Source: Candidatus Heimdallarchaeota archaeon
GTDB taxonomy: Archaea > Asgardarchaeota > Heimdallarchaeia > Hodarchaeales > Hodarchaeaceae
Assembly: GCA_011364965.1 (NCBI GenBank)
Contig: RDOB01000006.1
Location: forward strand, 32,001-96,000
Reading direction: 5' to 3'
DNA: 64,000 bases
In this document: positions 10,652-22,600 of the stretch, one piece after another
Layout: the number at the start of each line of letters is the position of its first letter
Position numbering within the stretch: position 1 is the first letter of the stretch
The notes under the pieces: model-generated
What the model saw: the letters and a program-made list of their open reading frames with translations, nothing else
What the model was told of the DNA's origin: nothing
Databases searched by the model: none
Made by a program: the position numbers and the translations under genes

Positions 10652-10861
10652 TAGACATTTCTACGAAATCTTCAAAGCAATAAAATACCTTTTTTATTGT
10701 CATTAATATATGTGATTATACGAGTACAGCTGGATTTAACTAAGAAAGATCTTTATCTTTTTTCTCTTACCGAATAGGTGTTGATAACAGAATAAAGAGA
10801 AAATCCGATGATTTAGCTTCAAGTAAAATAATAGTATTTGGTTATAATATTCGTTAAACTG

Positions 10862-10874
10862 AATAAAAAAGAGG
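10862..10874 (-). terminator. Candidate oligo-T terminator after the giant surface-protein operon
   Basis: The minus strand reads CCTCTTTTTTATT about 20-30 nt after the stop at 10895. Confidence 0.4.
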
Positions 10875-10894
10875 TTGATAGGAGAAGTGACCCC

Positions 10895-13663
10895 CTAACT
10901 TGGAGGTTTCTTCCGTCCTATAATCTTCTTCTTATCACCAGTTCCACCAGAACCTCTTCCACTGAATCGATCCTTAAATTTATCGACAACAGTGTCTAAA
11001 GCTCCAGTTTTCTTTCCAGCATAGAGAATTGCTGCTCCCCCACCAACAGCTCCGCCAATAACAAGCGCGGGTCCTACAAAGCCCCAAGGATTAAAAGCTT
11101 TAGTAGTGGTTGTCGAACTCCCAGTTATAGCAGTTTGTCGCGTAATAAGCAGCTCCTCAGGTCCAATTGTCACATTAAGTTCATAATCTGTTGTCAAACC
11201 TTGGTTCATATATACACGGAAAAAAATATTTGTTGTATTATAGACTGTATAATAAGACGAGTTCATGGGGAATGGGCCAACTTCTTCCGTGTTTCCTAAG
11301 GTGAGATCGCTCGTGTCGAAGATTGTGCCAGTCCCTGCTAATAGCTGAAGATCTAGGTTTTGTCCTTGAGGGAATGAAAGTCTTATTAATATCGCTGATC
11401 CTGCTGGTACATTTACAACATAAAAATCATCATCTTTGACTCGCATACGTAAGCCTGATTCCATACGTGAGATCGCTTGGCCTGGGATAGGATTGATATT
11501 GAATTGAGAAGCCTCTCCAAGAAAATCATTGTCTTCCCATGGATCATCAGTTTCAATAATATCAATGGTGAGATTGTAAGCGTTTGCTTCACCGAAAATA
11601 ATCAGATTGATGTAATATCTTCCAGTGATATCAGCAGTAAATGTTATAGACTCGTTAAATGAGGTAATATTTCGCTCCGCTAGCGATTCATCAGGATAAA
11701 ATAGCGAAAGATCAATATCATTTAACTCTCCATCGGTTTCTTGGGCAAAGTATGATAAATTAACCGAAATAACATCCGTTTCTATCAAATACACATAGTA
11801 CCAATCATCACTACCATCTCGCAATATAAGGTCATCGTGATGTCCTTCTCCAATTGGTTTTGCTTCAACGGGGAAGTTGTTGGATTCATAATCGTCATCA
11901 AATGCATCTATAGCAACTGTTAAATTATAATCCACCCCAACACCATTATAAGACGCGCCTACGATTACAAAAAGGTAAACATCTGCTTTTCTTACAAGGT
12001 GAGTTACCTCTTCAAAATCACCAGTGATTCCCAATGATAAATCCAAAGTTGTCCCTTCTTGTGTATAAAGGCCGAGATTTAAGTCTGCTAATGCGTCATC
12101 AAAATCGATACGAATCGTAATGTTATCTCCTGATAATAGAGGGATAGCAAACCAATCTTGATCACCTTTTAAGCTATATAATCCTGCGAAAGGATCAGCT
12201 AAAGTAGGTGCATAAGTTCTGGACGTGGGTGAGAGAAGATATGCAGTATTAGGGCCATTATTATCTTCAGCCCAGTCATCTGCATCTAGTAATCTTATCG
12301 AAAGATTATAATAGCGTGGTTCAGGGTTGTCACTAGTAATATTCAAGTAATAAACACTTGTAGATTGCGCTCGATGCGGGCCAACTCGTCCTGCGCTTTT
12401 ATCAGGGCCTATGGGAATGGGTTTATCTTCTGCAATAAAGGATTGGATGGAATAATTCTCATAGACTTTCAATGTTAGATCTCCTATAAAGGAGAACCAA
12501 TAAATTTCCACAAGTAACCGTTGTTGAGCTGTTATTGAGAGGTTATAACTATCACTGTCATCTCGAGAGATTACTCTTGTTTGAGTTCCTAATGCGAGTA
12601 TTCTGTCATCAATGGTTGAATTTTCTCCATTATTTACCTCTATTTGATCTTCCATATCGATATATAGATTGTAGGTTTTTGTATGTTGCCCGCCATGATT
12701 AGTTCCATCAATATAGAGATAGAACCATCCACTATTGCCCATTGTAAATTTACATACTTCTGTTGTTGGTGAACCATCTCCACCGTCAATAAAGTCATAT
12801 TCTTTAGCTGAAAGATCATGATTGTAGAGAATAATATCAGGCCCTGCTTGACTCGGAACCCCGTTGGCACCAAATGCCGAAATAGTGATATTCATCCATG
12901 TATCTGCATAAAGAAAGATAGAATAGATATCAATGTTTCCGTACTCAGTGTAGGTATCACCTGATAGACGCATATTTTCATAAGTACCTGGAACAATTTC
13001 ATCATCGTAAATATTTATGTAAGATTGTTTATCATTGCTCTGTAAGCGTTCATATTTGTCCTCGTAAATAATAGACATATTATATGTCGTTGAATAAGGA
13101 ACTGTGGAATAGATCCCACTAAAAATCGGATTAACAACAGAGACATTGATAATAATATCTATAGATTCAGTAGTAAGGATTGGACCAACTAGTTCTTCTG
13201 ACCCTCCTGCTCGACTTTCTTCAATAAGAGTACCATCTGGATAGAGAAGTTGTAAATTGATAGCAGCAGTGAATTTGGAGTCTTCTGGTTGAAGAGGGAC
13301 AATTAATTGACGACTTGTTTCATTCCACGCGTTCGATTCATTCAACTCTATATAAACCTGAAAATAAAACCCTGGTGCAACTCTAAAGCTATAGTAATCG
13401 GGGTGGAGTGTACTAACGTTGAGTGGAGTAGCTGGGTTGTTGGTTAATGATTCGTTGATTGTAAATATCCAAGGTGTATTGAAATTATCGTTACTTGTCA
13501 CCGCACCTTCCCATACACTATCCCAATATGTTAGGGGAGATGCGGAACTTGTTTGAGGTGTTATCAACGTGGAGTTGAAGAGAAGCTGTATGAAGAAGAA
13601 AAAAACTATAAGTTGTGCTAATGACTTTCTAGTATGTAATTTATTAGATTTCATGGTCATCAC
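10895..13663 (-). CDS. Single-pass cell-surface protein with six PPC-like beta-sandwich repeats (probable start MKSNK at 13654)
   Basis: Signal peptide. Six units with (D/E)DxxExN(D/N)...DxDx(Y/F)...D(L/I)xLxLY...E patterns. Thr-rich linker, Gly-rich TM (WGFVGPALVIGGAVGGGAAILYAG) and an ~40-aa basic tail. GAGGTG SD-like site upstream. Confidence 0.85.
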   Translation of the reverse strand: MMTMKSNKLHTRKSLAQLIVFFFFIQLLFNSTLITPQTSSASPLTYWDSVWEGAVTSNDNFNTPWIFTINESLTNNPATPLNVSTLHPDYYSFRVAPGFYFQVYIELNESNAWNETSRQLIVPLQPEDSKFTAAINLQLLYPDGTLIEESRAGGSEELVGPILTTESIDIIINVSVVNPIFSGIYSTVPYSTTYNMSIIYEDKYERLQSNDKQSYINIYDDEIVPGTYENMRLSGDTYTEYGNIDIYSIFLYADTWMNITISAFGANGVPSQAGPDIILYNHDLSAKEYDFIDGGDGSPTTEVCKFTMGNSGWFYLYIDGTNHGGQHTKTYNLYIDMEDQIEVNNGENSTIDDRILALGTQTRVISRDDSDSYNLSITAQQRLLVEIYWFSFIGDLTLKVYENYSIQSFIAEDKPIPIGPDKSAGRVGPHRAQSTSVYYLNITSDNPEPRYYNLSIRLLDADDWAEDNNGPNTAYLLSPTSRTYAPTLADPFAGLYSLKGDQDWFAIPLLSGDNITIRIDFDDALADLNLGLYTQEGTTLDLSLGITGDFEEVTHLVRKADVYLFVIVGASYNGVGVDYNLTVAIDAFDDDYESNNFPVEAKPIGEGHHDDLILRDGSDDWYYVYLIETDVISVNLSYFAQETDGELNDIDLSLFYPDESLAERNITSFNESITFTADITGRYYINLIIFGEANAYNLTIDIIETDDPWEDNDFLGEASQFNINPIPGQAISRMESGLRMRVKDDDFYVVNVPAGSAILIRLSFPQGQNLDLQLLAGTGTIFDTSDLTLGNTEEVGPFPMNSSYYTVYNTTNIFFRVYMNQGLTTDYELNVTIGPEELLITRQTAITGSSTTTTKAFNPWGFVGPALVIGGAVGGGAAILYAGKKTGALDTVVDKFKDRFSGRGSGGTGDKKKIIGRKKPPS

Positions 13664-13672
13664 CTCTTCTTC

Positions 13673-16600
13673 CTATCCTGTCCCTCCATCTGGTCCAGTA
13701 TCTTGTAAGAAAGATCTCTCTATAGTTCCATGTAGAATATATATCATTCCATCGATTGTACCTACTGCAATGTCATCGACACCATCATTATTAAAATCAG
13801 CAATGACTGCAGAGAGAACAAGATGCTTTGGAATGAATGCAGCCCAGACCACTTGGGTAGGTTCTCTCTCTGTTCCACTTAAAGCAATAACATTGTCAAT
13901 ATTGAAGGAGATGATGTCCAATTGTCCATCATCATTGAGATCCGCAGTTAAATATCTTGGTAGATAGAAAATGGAACGATCTTCAAATGTCCATAAAACA
14001 CTCAGATCTCCATCTAAGCAGTACGTTCCATTCGCAAAGGATCGTATTGCTATCTCATGTAGTTGATCGGAGGGATCAAAGTTACCTGTTGCCATATGTG
14101 ACAGACGGAATGGAATATTCAAGTGGATTTTCTTATCTTCAAATATGGAACCAAAACTTGAATAATCGAGGCTGTCATAGATGATCACAGTTCCATTACG
14201 TACAATTACTGCTAGTTGAGGGTGTAGATTTGTAGTAAAGATACCCACTCTAAAATCATGCACTTTTATAAGGATACCATTGACTGGGTTACCATTATTA
14301 CCATTTAATATCCAGATTGAGTGCTCATAGATTTCAACCGCGAAGTCGAGAATTCCATTAGCGTCGTTCAAGAAATCAGCAACCTCAAATCTGGTGAATG
14401 GGCCAAAAGGTTGGATAAATTGCCATATTACTTTCCCATGTCCTAAAACTGGATCCCTAGTAGTATTATACAACATAATTCTACCAAAGATGCTACTGAA
14501 ACGATAACCCATACTTACAGCAAGCTCTTTCTCTGAGTCATGATTATAATCAACAAACTGCATTTGGTTAGCAATAATCAAACCCATGAAGTGCTGCCAA
14601 GAAGGTCTTCCAGTTTGACCGTTGATCATAACAAGCATACCTGAACGTAATGCAGCTGCAACATCTGAGTACCCATCATTATCTACATCGTCAATAGCGA
14701 CTTTCTGAATTGGTGAGCTGGTACGATATTTCCAGATGACTTCACCAGTCAAACCATCTAATGTTATTAAATAGCGACTTTTATCCGCAAAAATAACGTC
14801 TTCAATGTCATCATTATTGAAATCACCAGTGTCAATAGCATAAACAGGACCCCGAGTTTGATATGAAATACTTCCTTCAGGTATGGAGAGGTCAAGGGCG
14901 ATCGTTGGTTCATGATGGACAAAAGTCCAAGTACTTAAGGTGCAGGAGGTATTTAGAATGGCCACTTCCCCATAAGGACCGAAATTACCTGCTGCTACAG
15001 ATATTCCTGTTCCATGAAGCTGCATATATCCCAAGGGGGTCCCATAAGTGCCATCTAATGCAAAAATCGCTCCAGTATGGGGATTGTCAAGGGTATATTC
15101 TGTCAAAAGCAGAAGATCATCATCTTCAGAATCATGATCCAAATCACCCATTTTGATTTCTGTTGCATAGGTATCCCATAGGTTGTACTCCCAGAGGTAA
15201 ATTTCGGGATTAATTCCTGATAAAGCCACTAGTTTTGTCTCAACTTTCTCAGGATTCTTCCAGTAACTGAAGCTATCCATAACAAACCGACTATTCCATG
15301 TTGTATCTCCAGTTCCTGTTACATGAACACGATAGATTCTACCATAAGGATCATTCAATTCAACATATTGAACGGGACGATTCGGTATAAACGAAGTAGT
15401 ATCTATTAGATTTCCATCAATATCGTACGCTTCCCAGACGAAAAATCCAGAATAGGAACCAGTTGAGAAATATGCTGATACTGTGGTAGCAAAGTCGTCT
15501 ATAGTTATATAATTGTCTAATTCACGGGTGAAAATTGTTATATCCCCTGAATGAGGTGTATATATGGATGAACTTCCTGAATCCCAAGCAGTCCATCCTA
15601 AGTAGGTGCCAATATTAATTGGATCAGTGTTCGAGAAATTAATGCCTTGGTCAATATATGATTCTCCAACACGAGTGAGGGATACTTGATCTTCAAAAGT
15701 TAAAGTAACGTTATAATGCAGTTGTATTAATAGATCGTCATAGCTGTCTCCATTAAAGTCATATTTAATCGTTTCCTTAGCATTTCCAGTACTACCATCA
15801 AAAGAGGTATTGAATAACGCTTCAGTCATATTAGATGTACCATCATAAACATACATAACTCCAGATTCGAATATGATTATATCTTCTATGGAATCTTCAG
15901 TTATATCTAGCATTGTTGCTGTAAGACCATAGATTGAGCTATTTCGCAGGAATGTGTAGATTACTGTTCCATTATAATCGATTATAGCAACCGTTCCATT
16001 TCCAGAATCAGGATCAACCCCAGAAACAATTACTCTATCTTCCGTAGTCGAAATATGTGTAACATGTGTTGTAGGATCTGGATCCATGTGATCTGGGAAT
16101 GTATAGAACCATTCGGGTCTAGCATCATTGTTTCCATCATAGTTTCCATCTACTCCACTAACAAAGAAAATGCTATCCCCAATCCCTGTGAGAACATCTG
16201 GGATAGTATCATTATCAATGTCTTCGAACATCATTTCTGCATATTGCGTAGCATCTATTGCGAAGAAGAATACGTCATCGGGCCACCGTTCTATACCTGT
16301 TGTTCCTTCTAAAGCAATCATATAGAGGTTATCTGCTGTGATGTCATGTATAAGTGCAATAACTTCCTTTACACCGTCACCAGTAAGGTCTATAGTACGT
16401 AAATTAAGGACTATCGAGTTTTTAGAAGAAATACTTGTACTAGATAGGTTATACTCCCATATTAGTGATCCAGTTGCACCATTAACCGCACGAATCAGCG
16501 GAAAACCATTGTAACCTATACCGTCAGGATCCATCATGGCAAATACAATGTCATCCACACCATCAAGTGTAATATCCGTTGTGTCTGCAAGATGATCAGG

Positions 16601-19600
16601 TTGAATCGGTGCACTAGAAAACTCTCCTTGCTCATAATTCGTCCAGACTGGATCCCAATCGAAATAGAGGTAATCGGTTGCTGAAGGTTCCGTGAAAATT
16701 CCTTCAAACGCATAAACGTTTCCCTCAATACATGATACAACAAGTTCGTCCATTCCATTTCCATTGACATCATGGAGCTCAATATCAGTTGTTTCAGTAG
16801 CCAAGCCATCGCTATGCCAAGGTTGATAATAGAAAAGAACCTCTTCTTCGCCACCTGTGCGAGCTACTTCAACAAGGAATGCTTGATTTCCAGAAGCGAT
16901 AGCAATTTCACGTCTTCCATCTTTATCAGTGTCTCCTGTGTCAATGGCTCTGGCTTCTTTGAAATCAAATAGGCTGAAATTGGAACTGGGGTTCATACCA
17001 AAGAAGATATTATTATAAAATCCCCGATCAGGAGTCTGTCGGTCGCGATGGAAATCTTCTCCCCTGAAACCAACAGCTGCTGCTAAACCATACGAACCAG
17101 TGTTCTGATCATTTTCTGGATTATCAGTTCCTGTTGCATCCTCGCCATATGCAACGATTGATCCGCCATAGCTAGAGAGTTGTGTATCTTCTGTAACGAT
17201 GGGGGTATTATAGTTGATAGTAGGGGTGCTAACAGTCGTGGTATAGTAAATAGCGCTACCACCGCCACCTAGAGTTAAATTGACTAAAGTTCCGACTGGA
17301 ATAGTGTCTCCTTCGGTAGTGATATAGCTTACTTCTCCACCTCCAGTAGTAATACTTCCTCCAATATTTTCAACTAATCCAGAGTGGGCTGTTATGTCAC
17401 CCGAATTGAGTGTCATTGTGCTATCAGGAGGACTAACTGATTCAGCATACCCGACGCCTACAGTCAGTGTTGATGTAGTAGTCTGGGTAAGACTAATTTT
17501 AGCTAATGAGAAAAGATGATATTGTGCCATAAAGGAATAAACGAAACCACCTTCCCAGTGTGCCGAAATAGCTGGTCCAACAGAAATCAAAGACTTAACT
17601 AGGATAAAGGGATAGTCTTTCAATACTAATAGACTGAATCCATACAGTGGGAAAGAGATGTACTCTGCAAAAGGTGGAGTAGTTGTAACTGGTTCAGGAT
17701 CACGCCATGTGGCTCCATCGTCTTTACTATAAGTAATTTGAAGGGCACCAGAAGGAGCATAGCCATCCGCTTCGAAAATAATCATCAAAGTATGGTCAGG
17801 TGTTACCGTTTGGGTAATTGAGGGGTATAATTCGTCGATTGCATCCACAGTTGCACGGGAATAGGGAAAAGCTCCATCCCACATTGGTGTGGAGTTTGAT
17901 TTGGCAATCCAAAGATCATAATCAACTTTAGCTTCTTTAAAGCTCATACCAGTAAAAACTAGTACGACATCTCCACTAACTGATCTGATCGCGTCATGCG
18001 AGATTGCTTTATACCCGAGTTTGTTCCAAGTTTGATTATTCTCAAATGCACTATTACCAATATTTGGAATTCTAGCCTCTGGTCTAAGATTTGGAGCAGA
18101 AAAATCACCTTTCCAGTAAATTCCTCCATTTGAGGAGTTCATATAGGAAATAGCCACCCGCTGAGCAGTGTTGTTATTGTACTCCCAAACACTTGGATTA
18201 TAAACATAATTTCCATGGAAATCTTGAACTGCTAGATTACCACTTCCCGTACCAATACCCACCGCGTTTTCCCATGTGAGGCTACTTGGATTTAATTGCA
18301 GGAGCCAGATTCCTTCATATGTAAAAACATTAAAAGTCATCTTTGCACTAAATGCAATCCAAACACGACCGTCCTTTGCTTGGAAAAGGGAGGGATGAAT
18401 CTCATAATTGGAATAGGTCCACGACCAGGTTCCTGCGCCCGCAGTCACAATCTCCACTCCAAGAGTGACAATAGGTCCCCGCTGAGTCCATGTGTCACCA
18501 TAATCTGCGCTCGTAGCCCAATAAAGTCGATTTCCACCCTTGAATACCTGTATCCAATTACCATAATATAGAGTTGTGCTTACATTGCGTTGTAGTTCAA
18601 TCATATCAGTATTCCGTAATGCAAGCTGAACTTTTGTCTCTAAGTCAAACATTGCTTTAAGCTTGATAGTGGGGAAGTTGACATAGCTAGTTAAAATAGA
18701 TCGTTCTACATAATTGTTATTCCGCTCTGTTTCAGTTCCATTGTTTTCATAAATAACGATTCCTTTGAAAGTTCCGACAATTATCTCCTTATACTTGTCC
18801 ATGTCTTGATTATCGACAGTAAGGTCGTATACTGGGTTTTCGTCCATTAAATGATTAGGAGCCCACCATGTGTAAGCATATGTACCAATTTGATTTTCTA
18901 GGATGGCTACAAATCCGTTATATGTTCCCCACCAAGTCTTATTTAGTCCACCTATGATAATCTCGTTAAGAGTATCATTATCTGTATCAGAAACTACAAT
19001 AGATTCAATTGATAAAGCTCTAACTGCGGGGGAAACAAGAGGATTGCCAGGAGTGAAGTAACGACCTCTAGCGGGGAAAGGATTCTTTAAAAAATTCTCA
19101 TAATAATTATTTGAGCCGCTAGATTCAAATACAAAAAGAAAGCTACCCGCGGCAACAACAAATTCACCGAAACCGTTGTAATCCATATCCCCTGCATATG
19201 CAGCCGCTGTAAATTTATCGATTCCAAGATCTGCAAAAAGTGGAGCCCAAGCGGATTGTCGGAGGTCAGCTTGCCAAATAAGTGTGTATTCATCATCGAT
19301 AGACACAAATCCATCATTATTTTGCTCCCAGATAAATATAGAGAGACCTGCAGTTGCAACCATCTCTAAGAAGCCATCATTATCCATATCTAATCCAACG
19401 ACAATCTCTTCTACATCATCCCAAATAGTACGGTAGAATGTACCTGACACACCTTCTAGTTCTTCGTAAGCATATGGAGAGGTCAAGGAAAGTTCTTTAT
19501 GGGTTAGATCTTGTGATCGATAAGCACGCTTGTAAGTATTATTTGTTAGATGTTCAAAAACGTACAGGTTCTGGTCGTACGAACCGACAATTACTTCTTG

Positions 19601-22600
19601 TCTGCCATCTTGATCCATATCACCTGTTTCAATTGCAAGAGTCCAGCGAGCTAGTTCTGCTTGTGAATTCCAGACTTCAAAGACATGATACCCATAGTTA
19701 GCTAGCAGGTTACCATAACTGTCTGCACCAGATTTAAGATTGATTTCTAAGCGGGAAATGAGGGGATTTGTTCCTATTATAAAGGCATTGTGATTTTCAT
19801 ATTCTGCTAGCAATTTAACCATCATACCTGTGTGATTATTGTATGTGGTTAAATGAGTGAGTACCCCTGTAGCTGGATCAATGGCGAATGTAGGAGTTGT
19901 GAGGTTATTAAACCAGAGACCACCCCAACTATTTGTATAAAGCCATTTATTTTCTACCCATTCAGGAGCCCAACGAGAGCCTTTATTCTCAAAGTAGGTT
20001 GCTCCTTCTCGATTAGCGTATCCTACGGTGAGATCTAAGTCACCATCACCATCAAAGTCATATAATTCTGGAGAATTGTATAATTTGTCTGTCGCTTTTA
20101 GGTTCATATCACGGAAGTATTCGGTATCTAGCCTAAACATGGTATTATGGATATTTTCGATGAAATACAACCGCCCATTTGTAAGGACAAGATCAGAATC
20201 CCCATCCGCGTCAACATCACCCCAAGCAACCTCAGGAACGACCAAAGACTTTTCAAGAGCTCGCCAAAGGAGACCAGTAATCTCATGTTCAGCCAATTCG
20301 AATCTACCTACATATGCTCCGATAGGACTTGCAGCCAAATCGAATGTATAAACATCCAACCCAGCCATAGATTGTTGTTTGTTTGGATCAATGGGATCAT
20401 ATAGCTGATCTTTGTCCCCCCATCCAAGAAACATCAGCTCTGGGAAATGGTTTGGATCTTGATTGAAATCAACGAAAGTAGGGCTAATAGACATTCCATT
20501 GTAAAAAGGGTTCGTATTTACGGGATAGAAGAAATAATTTCCGAGAACTGACCAAGTTTCTACTAAGGAGGGAAATACCACTAGTTTTCCATTATCAGTT
20601 CCCACAACAATATCGTTCGCAGGGACATTAATATCAACTATTTCAGCATAAGGCCAATAATCTTCTATCACAGCGAAAATATTTTCCCAGAACGATTTCA
20701 TTAACGAAACATGATCCATACTGAAATAATTACCTAGGATCCCAGGTAACCAGCTCTGATCAATTTCAAGCTGGCGTAATTCTTCATTCACATTAAAAAT
20801 ATCGCTGCTAGATTGATTATATAACCAAGTAGGGATTTTACCGGGGCTTTTCACCTCAGTTATCGCCCAAATGTTGGTACCTTGTGTGTAAGAATCATTT
20901 TTGTACGAGTTCCAGAGTAAATCATAGGCCTTTGTTGCTGTATTATAGCGGAACATGATGATTTTCCCGTCTACAGTCCCAAGTACAATCTTTTTACCTT
21001 CACTTTGACCTGTAGTATAAGCTTTGTAGTAATCTAGATCAAGTGAACCAATAGTGATAGATGAAGCAGTGTCCATGGGACGGTACATAACTGGAGCATA
21101 ACCTCCTTTAATTTTATAATACCCACCGTCCGTTACATTAATCCGCATATATCGGAAATACGCCCAATGTTTGGAAGAGAGCACAGGGTCAATATCTAAG
21201 AGAACATCATCATCACCTGATTTCCATTGAATTTTGATATTTTCATTGGGTACACGAACCCATTGTTGAGTATCAGGAGAAATCTCAAATGAAATTTTGT
21301 TTAAATTGGGATCATATGCATCATGGAAACGAAGAGTAACATCATAACCAAGAGTGGTTCCAGGTACAGCCCATAAACCATCTCCCATGACTTCTTGGTC
21401 ATTACCCCAATCAACTATTGCACTAGCTATGGAATCACGGGCATTAAAGGTTGTATAGTTTTCTGCAGGGGGGTGACTTATTGGAGGATCAGAAATGTAA
21501 ACACCATCTTCACCCCAGGGATCAAGTTTGCGATGAATAGCCATAGAGGTGTTTTTAGGCCATTGAGGTTCCCAGACATAACGAGCATAAGGTTCAGTTA
21601 TGAAGATCTTAGTAGTATCATTCTCCCAATACACATGCAGATCGGACATATTCTCAATAGGGAGGAAATTCCCCGAGGGTTTCATAGATCCATTAATAAA
21701 AACGGTCATTTCTTGGTAAAAAGTATCGTTGTAGGGCATATACGTACCCGAAGGAATTCTAGTAAGGTTATTGTTTGACCAAGTCATCCAATCAATATAA
21801 TGGTTAAGGTAATGTCCTAGACCTTCAAAACCACCTAACTCCCAGGAGTCGAAAGGTTCCCAAAGCTGGTGAGTGAGATAACAACCACCTGCAACATTTG
21901 GATCCCAATTGATTACATAAACCCCCTGACCTTGAGCAATGTAAACCACTTCATCATGAGGATCATTATCTAAGGAATCCACTTCCATTTGGGTAACGGG
22001 TTTCCAGGATATATTTCCTGAATCCCAATGATAACGATAGGAGTTGTCTTGTGTTAACGGCCAAGGTTTACCATTAATTGACAAAACTGTGCCATTATTT
22101 TCGTAAATATAAACTCTCCCTAGACTCGTACCGGCGATGATTTCTGGGAGGGCATTATAATTGGTATCACCAACATCAATGGAGTAAATTTTTTCTCCAA
22201 CATTGATTGTAGCCTTCTCTGCATATTCAATCCAATGTTGCTTTGAAAATGGATATCCAGAGTGATTGATGTATTCATAAACATGGATTTTTCCATCCCA
22301 TGAACCAGCAATGATGTCAGGAAGATAATCTTTGTCTACATCAGCAATTTTCACACCCCAGACCTGTTGAATCTTGGGACTTGTCCAAACATGCACGAAT
22401 TGATTTTCCATGTTATCAAAGGGATCATAGATATGTTCCTGTTCAAATACGTAGACATGACCGTCAGCAGAGCCAGCTACTATCTCCAAAAATTGATTAT
22501 TATCTGTATCACCAAAATCAATAGAGATAACATCCCCCTGAATGATTTGATCCCCTGAATCCCACACTTTATCGTAATTCCTAGTGTGACCATTCCAACG

